DNA of 64,000 nucleotides. Origin: an uncultured Verrucomicrobiae bacterium (GTDB lineage Bacteria > Verrucomicrobiota > Verrucomicrobiia > Chthoniobacterales > JAATET01). The position numbers were made by a program, and so were the translations under genes. Shown here piece after piece: positions 50,370 through 60,932 of this stretch. Position 1 is the first letter of the stretch. Each line of letters opens with the position of its first letter. The notes under the pieces are model-generated. The model did no database searches and was not told the origin of the DNA. It was given only the letters and a program-made list of their open reading frames with translations. The stretch is taken from the NCBI GenBank assembly GCA_963719495.1, contig CAVRCI010000003.1, positions 149,833-213,832 on the forward strand, given 5' to 3'.

Positions 50370-50516
50370 ACCGGAAGATACCCGTTGGCATTCCCCTATC
50401 TGTTGTTGGTAGAGGTGTCCGGCACTCCACCCCTAGTGAAATCTTCCAAATTACCGAAAGAGAAGATTTCGTGATTCCAGACCGGAGAACGCGAAAAACC
50501 CATCGCTCTTGACGGT

Positions 50517-52290
50517 CTAGCTTACGGGGATGCTGTCCGATTGCCGAGCAACCGAGCGCCGGCGCGCGAGGAAATAGATGACCGGATAGATGAGGAGTTC
50601 CAGCAGGAAGCTGGTGGCGAGTCCGCCGATCATCGGGACAGCGAGTCGGCGCATGGTGTCGGCTCCCGCGCCAGTCGCCCAAAGGAGCGGCAGGAGGCCG
50701 GTGAAGGTGGACATGACAGTCATCGTCTTGGGGCGGATGCGCTTGACGGCTCCGTCGTGGACGGCGGTCCAAAGGTCCGCGACTGTGTTGAGTTTCCCTT
50801 CTTCGCGGAAGCGGTTGTAGCTGGTGTCGAGGTAGAGGAGCATCACGGCTCCGGTCTCGGCATCGAGGCCGGCCAACGCGATCAGGCCGACCCAGACGGC
50901 CAGCGACATGTTATAGTCCATAAACCACAGGAACCAGATCTCTCCGATCAGCGAGAACGGAACGGCGAGCAGGATGATCGACACGCGCAGCCAGCTTCGC
51001 GTGGAAAGGTAGAGGAGGAGAACGATGCCGACGAGCGCGAGAGGAATCGCAATGCGGAGTCGGGCGTTGGCCTCCTGCATGTATTCGTATTGACCTGACC
51101 AGACGATGGTCACGCCGGGCGGCAGCGGGACGGCCCGAGCGACGACTTGCTGAGCACGTTCGACGTAGGTGCCGATGTCGATGTAGGCGATGTCCACGTA
51201 GACCCAGCTCGTGAGGCGGGCGTTCTCGCTTTTCACCATGGGCGGGCCTTAACGCATCGAGATGTCGGCGAGTTTGGCGAGCGGGACCTGGGCGCCGGAC
51301 GGCGTGGAGACGAGGGTTTGCCGGACGGATTCGATGGTGTCGCGGAGTTCCGATGGGTAGCGGACGTTGACCGGGTAGCGCTCCAACCCCTCGACGGTGG
51401 AGGTGACGGTCATCCCGCCAAGCGCGGTCATGATGACATCCTGCACGTCGCCGACGACGAGGCCGTAGCGAGCGATCTCGTCGCGGTTGATCTCGATGTC
51501 GAAGTAATTGCCGCCGACGCTTTTCTCAGGAAACGCGCTGGTCGTGTTCGGGCTGGTGAGCGGATCGGACTTCAACGCGTTGGCCGCCGCGTTGGCGAGA
51601 CCGGCAAGCTCGGTGAGATCGGACCCCATAAACTTGATCCCGATTGGGGTGCGGATCCCGGTTGAGAGCATGTCGATGCGGGTGCGGATCGGCATGGTCC
51701 AGGCGTTGGTGAGGCCGGGGATCTGGACGGCGTCGTTCATGCCGGGAACCCGGAGTTCACCGCCCTCGCCGTCGGGCACGTTGTAGCCAAAGATGATCTC
51801 GTCGGTCGTGATCGGGCGGATGGAGGGCAGGACTTTCTTGGGCAGCCACTGCGCCCACGCGGGCCAGCCGTCGTAGAATCGCGGCTCGCGGACCTGCCGC
51901 CACTTCGACTTGTCGCGGTGGAGGGTGATGGTGGTTTCGAGCATCGACATGGGAGCCGGATCGGCGGCCGTTTCGGCGCGACCGATTTTCCCGAAGACGG
52001 CTGCGACCTCGGGGAATTTCGCGAGCAGCTTGTCGGTCTGCTGGAGGATTTCCTTCGCTTTCGTCACGCCGATGCCGGGATCGGTCGTGGGCATGTAGAG
52101 GAGATCGCCTTCTTCGAGCGGCGGCATGAATTCGCTGCCGAGTTGGCTGAACGGATACCACATCGCGGCGAGCAAGCCGACAGCGGCGAGGAGCGTGAGC
52201 CATTTGAAGCGCATGACGAAGGCGAACGCTGGATTGTAGATCACCTCGAGGATGCGGCTGATGGGGTTGCGGTTCGAATCCGTGGCCCGC
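50517..52290 (-). pseudogene. CusA/CzcA-type heavy-metal RND permease, 5'-truncated with internal TAA
   Basis: GSEFMPPLEEGDLLYMPT, WSGQYEYM, GAVKRIRPK. In-frame TAA at 51249-51251; N-terminal half missing. Confidence 0.88.
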
Positions 52291-52435
52291 TCGCCCAACA
52301 AGCGGCGGCCTGTTTGCGGCGTTCTGGCGGGGCGATCTTCGCTGGGAACCCCTGGAATCCGCTTCGCCCGGCAGCGTGCTCATGCCAAACCAAACCCGCG
52401 CCTGTCTGCGCCGCCTGCGTTGCAGCTACGGAAGC

Positions 52436-52912
52436 TTGTTTGCCGAGGCGCGGCAGAGCATCCGAATCGCCACACCTTATTTCGTTCCCGACCGCCGGAC
52501 GCAACACGGGTTGGTTGAGGCAGCGCGCCGCGGGGTCGAGGTGAGCCTGCTCGTTCCACGGAAAAGCGACGTGCCCGTCACCCTTTGGGCCGCCCGGGCA
52601 GCCTACGCCCGACTGCTGGCTGCCGGAGTCAGGATTTACGAGTATCTCCCCCGGATGTTCCACGCCAAGACGGCCGTGATGGACGGCAATTGGGCGATCA
52701 TCGGCACAGCCAACATGGACTACCGCAGCTTTCTCCTGAACTACGAACTGAACCTGTTCACTCGTGACGGGCAACTGTGCCGTCAGCTACAAGCCCAATT
52801 TGAACGGGATTTGGCCGAGTCGGCTGAGATTCACCTCCAAGTCTGGGCGAAACGAAAATGGACGGAGTATTTTTACGAAATCATCGGGTGGCTCAGTCGC
52901 CGCTGGCTCTGA
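52436..52912 (+). pseudogene. cardiolipin synthase/PLD C-terminal fragment
   Basis: TPYFVP, HAKTAVMD (HKD), GTANMDYRS. Only the second PLD domain is present. Confidence 0.8.
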
Positions 52913-52984
52913 ACCAGACCAACCGATCGAACCGAGAATCAGGGAGAATCCCGGCACGCCAGTCAGTGATCAATCGAGCGGTTC

Positions 52985-53085
52985 GGCAGCCCTCGAAAAC
53001 GTCCTCGGCCCCATCATCCTCATCCGGACCTTCCTGAGCTTCTCCCTCCAACTTGAAATCGAAGGCCGCTGGCCGTGGCAGCGAG
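52985..53085 (+). pseudogene. DUF1622-like membrane protein remnant
   Basis: IILIRTFLSFSLQLEIEGRWPWQ resembles the C-terminal motif of DUF1622 proteins. Confidence 0.55.
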
Positions 53086-53182
53086 CATTGCCCGATAGTA
53101 ACGTCACCAAAGGCAAAACGATCGCTCATGACGCAAAGCTTCCACAGGAGTCCGTTGGAAGAGAAGAATTGTTCTCTCCGCC

Positions 53183-55771
53183 CTACTGTCGGGCCACCGG
53201 CAGGGCGGCCAATTGCACACGCTCAAGCTCGTCAGCGACATCCTCCATGAAGACCTTCTCGGCGCGATAAATCCCTTCCGCCTCGGTCTGCAATGCCTCT
53301 TCGCCGACGCCGACGGCCTGAGCGCGCACCTGCCGCAGGGCCGTGGCGGCCCGATTGAAGAGACCTAGAATCCGCGCCGGATCTATGTGCCGTAGTTCCC
53401 CGGCGTGAAGCTCAGCCGTAGGATCGAGGATGGTCTGAATGGAAGCGATGACCGTTGTGGACGGCATCGACTTCGGGATCAAGTTGTCTTTGCGAACCCG
53501 CTCCTCATGGGTAAGTGCCTGGCGGACAGTCTTGAGTGGCACCGCTTTGGCTTTTTCATGCTTCGCCTCAAAAACAAACGCACGCCAGTCGTCAAAGACC
53601 CACAATCCGTCGGGAGCGCCTTCGTCGTCCCAACGATGTGTTCTGGCACCGACCATCTGCCCGAGCACCGCAAGCCCACGTTCAAAATTCTTGGCATCTT
53701 CTGGGGTGCTGAGGATGCGGCGAGTTTCAGCCAGTTCCCGGTCAAATCGGGAACCCTTGATGTTCCATCGAGTGAGCAGGCCATTTATCTGGCGGAACCA
53801 CTCTCGCACAGGAAACTCGACTACAATCTCCTCGAGCGGTTTCGCGAGGAGCTGCGCGCGGAGAGTGCCGAACCAACGAATGCCAATCGAAGTTGTTGAT
53901 GCGGCTTCGAGATGCTCGATGCAGTTGGCTTTGAATGACGCCTGTTTCGTCGTTTTGAACGCAAGAAACGCGGCGACCGCAGCCTGGTGATGCCAAAACG
54001 AGCGGTAGGGTTTGAGTTCGCCTCCACCTGCCAACCCTTCAACAACCTGCGTTGCGCAACCCAACGCTTCAGCGAACTCTGCATTCCACATCCTGTCCTC
54101 GTAAGCGATTTCAATAGGAGCTACCTGAGCGAGCGTCGCCGCGCAGGGGTCGGCTTCCTTCGTGCGGTTATTCCGATCGTCGATAATTCCGCTTTCGGCA
54201 GCCGTCCAGTCGTCAGTTCGCTGCAAAAACGTGTCACTGAGTTCGATGAAATCCTGCTTCGTGCGCCCCTCCGAGTTTTCGAGTCCAAACGCGATCTCGG
54301 CCTGAAGTTCCGGGTGCATGCCGACGACGTTCGTCTGGGTGCAGCACCATTTCAGCAAGTCGCTTCCAATCATCAGCACGATCGCATAGTCGGCCTCGTC
54401 GCGGGTGCAGCGGCCCATCGCCTGAGTGACACGAGTGCGGATGCGGTCGCGCAATTGTGAAACCGCGCCGAGCCGCTCCATCATGAAGCGCTCCTGCAAT
54501 CCGGCACCTGTCGGCAAATTTACCAGCGACAGAAGCCGGCAGTCTTCTCCCGGCAAGTCGATGCCCTCCCACCGGTTCGCCACGATCAGAAAAGTGGGAT
54601 CCGTTCTTTTGGTGAACGGATCGAGCGACTGTTCCACATCGGTCGCTCCGAGGACTGGAAAAGCTGCTCCGAGCGTTTCCTTCAGCCGATCGCGCGTCCG
54701 ATCATCAGGCACCAGGATAAGTGCGCGCCCCGCCTCCCGACAAAGCGCCGAGACGGTCTCCCATGTCGTCTCGTCGTCGAGTCCGTAGCCGGGAAAGAGA
54801 ACCAATCGGCGTCCAGTGCCCCTCTTGTCCCAACCCGGCGGGATCGGCAGCCGAGCGATCCTTTTCACGCCGAAGCTCCGCTCGATGTCGCCGTCTTCGC
54901 CCAAAGTCGCCGACATGTAGAGGCGCTGCGTCGCGCCGGCGAACGGGCTGTGGGTCAGCGCCGGGGAGATAACTGGCCGGATCTCAAACCTCTCGCCCGA
55001 GCAGTAGATCGAACAAGCGTCGAGATGCTGAGAAATTTTACTCCACGGATATCCCCAATCCTCATTCTGGCCAAGCGCATCCAACACTTCACAAACTTGA
55101 GGATGCAGGTCGTGGGTGGCGATCGCAGAGACCATCTCTACCAAGGCCGAACGCGATCCAAGCTCAGGATTCTCAATCCGATGGACGATGTTCTCCGAAA
55201 GCACCGGCTTGAGCACTTGGAAAAGTGCTGCAAACGCGGCGGTGTCCCTCCTCGTGATCGTCACAGTCCACATCGACGAGACGTAATTGTCTGCGGCGTG
55301 CGCATCGTCGCAAATGATCAGTTCGGCGTCGTCAATCGCGGGATTCGTGTTGAAGACGCCGCTGTAGGTCGTGATCGCGATCGCCTTCGCTTGCTGATAT
55401 GCAAAGAATGCAGCCTGATCATAGTCCTTCTGCTTGCCAACGAGCAGAGATGGTTGAACGCCGTAATTGCGCGTCTGCGCGGCGACTTGGCTGCAAAGTT
55501 GCCGGGTCGGACAGAGAAAGACGACGCGCTCATTGAAGGCACGCCGCCGGTATTCGGCGATGAGGAGAGCGACGAGCGTTTTGCCGGAACCGGTCGGCAG
55601 CTCGATAGCGAGATCGTGTGTCGAGAGATGCTTGGCGTGATACTCGTCCAAGAGGCGTGCTTGGTGGTCCCATAAAAACTTGATCGACGCATCCCGTCTC
55701 AAATCGCGAAAGAGTATGGTCGGCGATTCCGGTTTAGGGGCTGTGGATGCTGGGATGCGGAATTTTGCCAT
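53183..55771 (-). CDS. SF2 helicase with C-terminal PD-(D/E)xK nuclease (Hna-like anti-phage protein)
   Basis: LPTGSGKT, DDAH, SAT, QAMGRCTR; C-terminal PDGLW...FEAK; about 860 aa. Confidence 0.75.
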   Translation of the reverse strand: MAKFRIPASTAPKPESPTILFRDLRRDASIKFLWDHQARLLDEYHAKHLSTHDLAIELPTGSGKTLVALLIAEYRRRAFNERVVFLCPTRQLCSQVAAQTRNYGVQPSLLVGKQKDYDQAAFFAYQQAKAIAITTYSGVFNTNPAIDDAELIICDDAHAADNYVSSMWTVTITRRDTAAFAALFQVLKPVLSENIVHRIENPELGSRSALVEMVSAIATHDLHPQVCEVLDALGQNEDWGYPWSKISQHLDACSIYCSGERFEIRPVISPALTHSPFAGATQRLYMSATLGEDGDIERSFGVKRIARLPIPPGWDKRGTGRRLVLFPGYGLDDETTWETVSALCREAGRALILVPDDRTRDRLKETLGAAFPVLGATDVEQSLDPFTKRTDPTFLIVANRWEGIDLPGEDCRLLSLVNLPTGAGLQERFMMERLGAVSQLRDRIRTRVTQAMGRCTRDEADYAIVLMIGSDLLKWCCTQTNVVGMHPELQAEIAFGLENSEGRTKQDFIELSDTFLQRTDDWTAAESGIIDDRNNRTKEADPCAATLAQVAPIEIAYEDRMWNAEFAEALGCATQVVEGLAGGGELKPYRSFWHHQAAVAAFLAFKTTKQASFKANCIEHLEAASTTSIGIRWFGTLRAQLLAKPLEEIVVEFPVREWFRQINGLLTRWNIKGSRFDRELAETRRILSTPEDAKNFERGLAVLGQMVGARTHRWDDEGAPDGLWVFDDWRAFVFEAKHEKAKAVPLKTVRQALTHEERVRKDNLIPKSMPSTTVIASIQTILDPTAELHAGELRHIDPARILGLFNRAATALRQVRAQAVGVGEEALQTEAEGIYRAEKVFMEDVADELERVQLAALPVARQ

Positions 55772-56055
55772 AACCTTTCGATAATGCCGCAAGACAGGAA
55801 TGTTTCACAAGCGGAAGGCAGATATTTCTTGCTGCCCGGATCGGCCAGATGCGCTGGCTTGAAAACCCAGCCGCGTCCTTCAAGTGCGGCCTGCCCTTGT
55901 AGGGAATCGAGAGACTCCCAGTCGGTCAATGCAGCATGGAATGCCTGACACAAGACATACCCTCTTTTTGTGTCAATGCTCCTGCTGGAAGAAGAATATT
56001 GGGGAAAGGTCTCACGTGGAATGCGAAGTAGCGCCAGAGTGATGTAGAAAGCTGG

Positions 56056-59000
56056 CTAGAACCCATCCGCAAGATCGTCTGCGTCGTCGAACTCTCCGGA
56101 GACTTCTGAACTTTCCTGTCCAACATTTCGCAGGCCAAAAACCTCGCAAACAAACTGAAACCGGATCTCCTTAATGTGCTCATCCGCCGCGACTCCCCCG
56201 GTAAAGTTCTCCATCACTCCCTCGCAGACTTGCAGCATCAAACCCACGGAGGCTCGATTGTCGGGCCGCGCCGTCTCGTCCGCGCAACCTAGAAAATCGC
56301 TTCGAACAATCAGCGGCAGCGGTGTTGCTTCGAGATCCTGAAGGTCAGCTCGCTTACAGAGCACTGCTGGAAAATCGTGCGCCAATTGGGCCGGCATAGG
56401 CACTCCCCGAGCTTCACACTCTTCCGCCGCGACCGCGAAAAGAGTTATCCCGATCCGCCGCCAACCCCATCTTTCGATTTGCTCGGCGAGCCACCTCCGT
56501 TTTGCCCACAGAAGAAGTGCTGCAACCGCCGCCGCCGCTCTGACGCCGGGAAACTCGTAGTCCGCGACGACCTCGACAACAGGCGCGTTCGCAGCCGGAA
56601 AAAAGACGAGCCAGCGCTCTCCGGCAATGCGATCCTTGCTATACAAAAGCCCTGTATCGGAGTCGGTGCAAGACTGGCACAGTTCCCGGAATCCATCCTC
56701 TTGCAGAACCATCTCCGGGGCCTGTTCGATCGCGAATGCCAGCGCTACGGCACCTCCGATTGAGGGATCAGCATGAAACCGATTCTTCAACGAGCAAAAG
56801 AGCCGCTCATATTCATCGCACTGTGGCCCTTGAGTCCGGGCGATTGCCGAAGTTATCGCAATTGCATCGCGCACCAGGCTGGATGTCGAAGAAGCAACCA
56901 AGGCGTGCGGCAAACTCTCAAACAACTTCACTACGTCGAGGTGCGGCGCGATGGAGATGGCGTCTGATCCAATTGCCACCATCATCCCGAGCGCCTCATC
57001 CGCGTGAGTTTGGGCAAAGGCTAACCACGCCGCAGTGAAACATCGGGCTGCTTCCTGGTATTCCTCTGCCTTTACCCATTCTCCAATTGCGCGGCAAAAT
57101 TCTTCCGCAGCTTCCTCATAGACACCGCACAGGCACCATGCGCGGGCGGCATTCTCGCAAGATTTCGCTGCATTTGCTGGCTTCGCCAGCTTATGGAAGC
57201 GCCTAGCCTGATCTTCTTCGGTAGCAGCTTCGCGGTGCACCTCGCCGATTTTTCGCCATAGGACGAGCGCCTTTTCGCCTATCTCTAAAGAATTGGAAAT
57301 GTCACCTTCCCGCTCAACGATCGTTGCGATCAGTTCATGACTCCAAGCAACATGGCGGCAAGAACTCATTTCCTTCCCAAGTCGCTTGACCTCCTCGTAG
57401 CACGCCCGAGCTTTGTCGTAGCGAGCCTCGTCTCGGTAAACATTTCCTAAGTTTCCAACGTTGATTACCTCGACATCGCGGATACCGTGCATTCGCGCTA
57501 GGGCAATGGCTTTCAGACAGACTCTCTCGGCTTTTTTATACTTGGACGATCGTCGATATAGAATAGTAAGCCCATTGCAGACAGCCATCTGCAATCGCGG
57601 GGAATCCAATTCGAGCGAAAGGGCCTTGAGCTTGCGAAGGCAGCCAAGCTGCTTTTCTCGATCAAAGCTTACAATGTAGTAGTTCTGTAGATTGAGCAGG
57701 GCCATGCCGAGACCATAGGAATCACCTGTCCGTTCGAAGATAGGAATCGCTTTTTGACACTGTGTGGCACATTCAGCCATACGACCCCGGCGCACATAAA
57801 CAAAAGCGAGATTAACTCTCACCATTGCCTCGTTCGCAATCACCCCAGCTTCTCGATATTCCTCCGCCACTTCCCTGAGAATTGTTTCCGCCTCATCGCC
57901 ACGATCCAACTCCAGCAGAAATAGCGCTCGGGACGCTCGGGCAATAAGCGAGACGCCTGGGACCTGGCTCCGCTGTAACATTTTCTCGGATAGCCGTGAC
58001 GAAAGAAGCGCGCTGGGCATACTTCGGACGTGTTGCTTAAGATTTGCCGACTGGTGCAGCCCAAGGCCCAACACGTGCCAATCTTTTTTCGCACGCGCAG
58101 CCCATAGGGCACTCGCGATCATCTCGCGGGCCAGATTCGTCCTTCCGGTGACTTCTGACCAGTGGGCCATGGGAAGAAGGTCGTCATATACCTCCTGCGC
58201 AAGCCCTCCTCTCGCCGAGTGGATCACGCGCAAGCCCCATGCGGACTTTTTTGTAAAGGCGGAGGCGATGTTCCGATGGATCTCGCGCGCGAGATCGACT
58301 CGATTGACTTCTCGGAAAACAAATTCCTGAAATGCAGAATGGAATACCTGGACGTTTTTTTTGGCGATCGAAAGCAAGGGCGTCAGGCGCTTCGCTTCAT
58401 CCATTGCTGCGATCCCGCTAGTCTTGACGCCGCGACACGCGGTCAACACCTGGCCGAGCTGCTCGAAAGTAAGAGCGGATTCGCAGAGGCTCACAGCCGA
58501 CACTAATTCTTTCTGACGTGCGTCAAGACTTGCCCACATATTCGCATGGTAATCGTCCAAAGACTGCGGGGGTCCCACGGAGCCGGGCGATGTTTGGACA
58601 TAATAGCGAAGGTAAAGTGGATTTCCGCATGACAATTCCAACGCAACTCGACCAGTCACCGGTGCATCCGGAAGCGCGCTAGACACATATTCTTCTGACT
58701 CCGAATCTGTAAATCCGGGGCAATGCAGCGTCCGAAACTCTGGCGGCAGCCGTGCTGGGATCGACCGGCCCGCCAGGACAATTCGAGAAACGCCCGGCGG
58801 GAGGGAGATCAAGTCGGCAGCGATGTCCGGGGCTTGGTCGACGTCATCGATAAGCAGAGTTGCCGAGACGCGGCGCAACAGGGATTCGCAGGCAAGCCGA
58901 CCTTCCTCGGCCGAGAGGAACTGCTTCGTCTGTTCTCCGACCATGGGAGCCAAATGTCGGCAGACATGAATCAAGGCACCGAGCAAAGACTGCTGACGAA

Positions 59001-59688
59001 GCGGAAGATAGACATGCTTCGGCTCAAGGCTTAGCAAGTAGAGCAGTGCGGTTTTCCCCGAGCCGATCCCACCGGCGAGAAATACTCGGGTATGGTTGGC
59101 GACCGCGGGTTGAAGCTGCTTCCGATAAAAGCTCGTCCGCAATATCGGCACGCCTCCCAAGCTAAGCTCGACTTGGTTGGCGTAGTTCTGCGGAGGTTCA
59201 TCAAACGAAATTTCGGCATCCAAGAAGCGTTCCGAAATACTAAGCGCGATAGCATCGCGCGCCCGATTCACAAGCTGGGAGCGCGTCCGAAACCGATTAA
59301 AGCTCACCCCCGTTTCGCCGATTTCTTTGATCAAATCGGTCAGCCGTGGTTCTCGTTGATCCGACGTTTCCTGAACAAACACGATCCTCGGCATTTCGCT
59401 CGAAAGCACCCACTCATCGTGTAATCCCGAGATCGTCATTCCTCCTGATTCGTCGATCCAGCCATACCCGGTGCCGTAGACTCCAATGAAGATGTCGCTC
59501 TGTTCAAGGAACGCTGAATACAGATTCCGCGGCGGATGAGGCCGCGGGGTTTCTTCAAAAAAGATGGGCGTGAGACCCATCTTGTGGATCATCCGAACCA
59601 GCGCTTGGCGTTCATCCGCAAATTCGACAAGCCGACTGCTCAGAAAAACGCGAATGCGTCGATCCTGCGTCAAAATTGCGCCACTCAT
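56056..59688 (-). CDS. DUF4062 - STAND NTPase - TPR protein (NLR-like)
   Basis: RVFLSS...DER...SDIFIGVYG-x-GYG...HDEW; GGIGSGKT, LLIDDVD, GNPLYL, FHSAFQEF; multiple TPR-like helices. Confidence 0.8.
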   Translation of the reverse strand: MSGAILTQDRRIRVFLSSRLVEFADERQALVRMIHKMGLTPIFFEETPRPHPPRNLYSAFLEQSDIFIGVYGTGYGWIDESGGMTISGLHDEWVLSSEMPRIVFVQETSDQREPRLTDLIKEIGETGVSFNRFRTRSQLVNRARDAIALSISERFLDAEISFDEPPQNYANQVELSLGGVPILRTSFYRKQLQPAVANHTRVFLAGGIGSGKTALLYLLSLEPKHVYLPLRQQSLLGALIHVCRHLAPMVGEQTKQFLSAEEGRLACESLLRRVSATLLIDDVDQAPDIAADLISLPPGVSRIVLAGRSIPARLPPEFRTLHCPGFTDSESEEYVSSALPDAPVTGRVALELSCGNPLYLRYYVQTSPGSVGPPQSLDDYHANMWASLDARQKELVSAVSLCESALTFEQLGQVLTACRGVKTSGIAAMDEAKRLTPLLSIAKKNVQVFHSAFQEFVFREVNRVDLAREIHRNIASAFTKKSAWGLRVIHSARGGLAQEVYDDLLPMAHWSEVTGRTNLAREMIASALWAARAKKDWHVLGLGLHQSANLKQHVRSMPSALLSSRLSEKMLQRSQVPGVSLIARASRALFLLELDRGDEAETILREVAEEYREAGVIANEAMVRVNLAFVYVRRGRMAECATQCQKAIPIFERTGDSYGLGMALLNLQNYYIVSFDREKQLGCLRKLKALSLELDSPRLQMAVCNGLTILYRRSSKYKKAERVCLKAIALARMHGIRDVEVINVGNLGNVYRDEARYDKARACYEEVKRLGKEMSSCRHVAWSHELIATIVEREGDISNSLEIGEKALVLWRKIGEVHREAATEEDQARRFHKLAKPANAAKSCENAARAWCLCGVYEEAAEEFCRAIGEWVKAEEYQEAARCFTAAWLAFAQTHADEALGMMVAIGSDAISIAPHLDVVKLFESLPHALVASSTSSLVRDAIAITSAIARTQGPQCDEYERLFCSLKNRFHADPSIGGAVALAFAIEQAPEMVLQEDGFRELCQSCTDSDTGLLYSKDRIAGERWLVFFPAANAPVVEVVADYEFPGVRAAAAVAALLLWAKRRWLAEQIERWGWRRIGITLFAVAAEECEARGVPMPAQLAHDFPAVLCKRADLQDLEATPLPLIVRSDFLGCADETARPDNRASVGLMLQVCEGVMENFTGGVAADEHIKEIRFQFVCEVFGLRNVGQESSEVSGEFDDADDLADGF

Positions 59689-60737
59689 AAAGTTTCCCAG
59701 ACTCCCAGCGCAGCAAGTTCCGAGATGGGGTCCTCGGATTGTTCGGGGCCGACGAGATAAGCGCAGAGATATTGGGCGTCTTTCGAAATTTGCTCCCGCA
59801 AGGCCGCGCTTGAGAACGAAAATTGGAGCGGTAGACCGCTTTCCACTGGATCCGACTCGTGACGGAGCGCCTCGTAGACATGAGCAAAATCCACCTTCCC
59901 ATTAGGTGCGACAGCATCAGGAAAGCGGTGTTTGCAAGTCAGGTTGCAAGCTGCCTGGACTATCCGCTGCCGCGGAAATTCTCCTTGGAGTTCCGCTAGC
60001 ACGGTTTGAAACGTCGGATTGAACGAAAGCCTTGTTGCGGTGACCGGAAAAAATCTGAGCAACTGAGCGTCCCTAAGCTGAGCGATCTCGGCGGGATTCT
60101 CCGGCGGACGCGGAGAATGGTGGATTTGTTCATCGCTGTCATCATCGCGAGTAATCAGAAATTCGACGCTTTCGTGCGAAAGAGTCTCGCGATCCTGAAA
60201 GCTCACATTGCGTTTCAAGATGCCGGCTTCCAAATCCATTTCATTAGAACAAAAAAGCGCTGGGAAGAACAGAATCGGTTTTACGGTTCCCATCTGCCGA
60301 AGCCATCGAAAATTTCCAGAAAGCGGAAACTCTTTTCCAACGGTCAAGGTCGCAATATTCAGAGCGTAGTCGCGCTTTCGTTCATCGTCGCACATTCGGG
60401 CGATCAACTCTCCTCCATTTGCCTGCAAAAGCATCGTATACGCGTTTGCTGACGAATTTTGGATAAATGAAATGTCCAATCCTTCGCCGGACCCTGAGAC
60501 ACGATCCCAGCTCTTGAATAACTCGAAAAGCTCGCGTCCCCTCTCTATGTCATGAAAAGCGAGAGCCACCGCCGAAATGTCTCTCAAATCACCGAAACGA
60601 GGCAAAGGGATGAACCCCAGCGCCTCGCACTTCGCCGCTTTCCATAGTTCGGGGAGCACCGGGTTTGCCATCAGCATGAGCCTTGGTAAGACTCCAAAAT
60701 CCATGCCTTCGGGGCTATCGGGAACAGGCGAATCCAT
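59685..60737 (-). CDS. hypothetical protein translationally coupled to the STAND gene
   Basis: 350-aa intact ORF whose TGA overlaps the STAND ATG (ATGA at 59685-59688). Confidence 0.75.
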   Translation of the reverse strand: MDSPVPDSPEGMDFGVLPRLMLMANPVLPELWKAAKCEALGFIPLPRFGDLRDISAVALAFHDIERGRELFELFKSWDRVSGSGEGLDISFIQNSSANAYTMLLQANGGELIARMCDDERKRDYALNIATLTVGKEFPLSGNFRWLRQMGTVKPILFFPALFCSNEMDLEAGILKRNVSFQDRETLSHESVEFLITRDDDSDEQIHHSPRPPENPAEIAQLRDAQLLRFFPVTATRLSFNPTFQTVLAELQGEFPRQRIVQAACNLTCKHRFPDAVAPNGKVDFAHVYEALRHESDPVESGLPLQFSFSSAALREQISKDAQYLCAYLVGPEQSEDPISELAALGVWETL

Positions 60738-60932
60738 GCGTTCGATTAAAACGCGCGGATGTCTGTTTTGAAAGCCCTACCAGAGGTCGCGCCCATCTCT
60801 CTCATCTCGCGAAATCGGCAGAGCCGCTACTTGCAAGGAATCAGAGACAAGTTCAATCGCGTCCGTTCCCAACCCGGAAAATTGCGCAACCTTTTCGGGA
60901 AAAGGCGTAGCCGCACTGCTCCCGATTACCCA

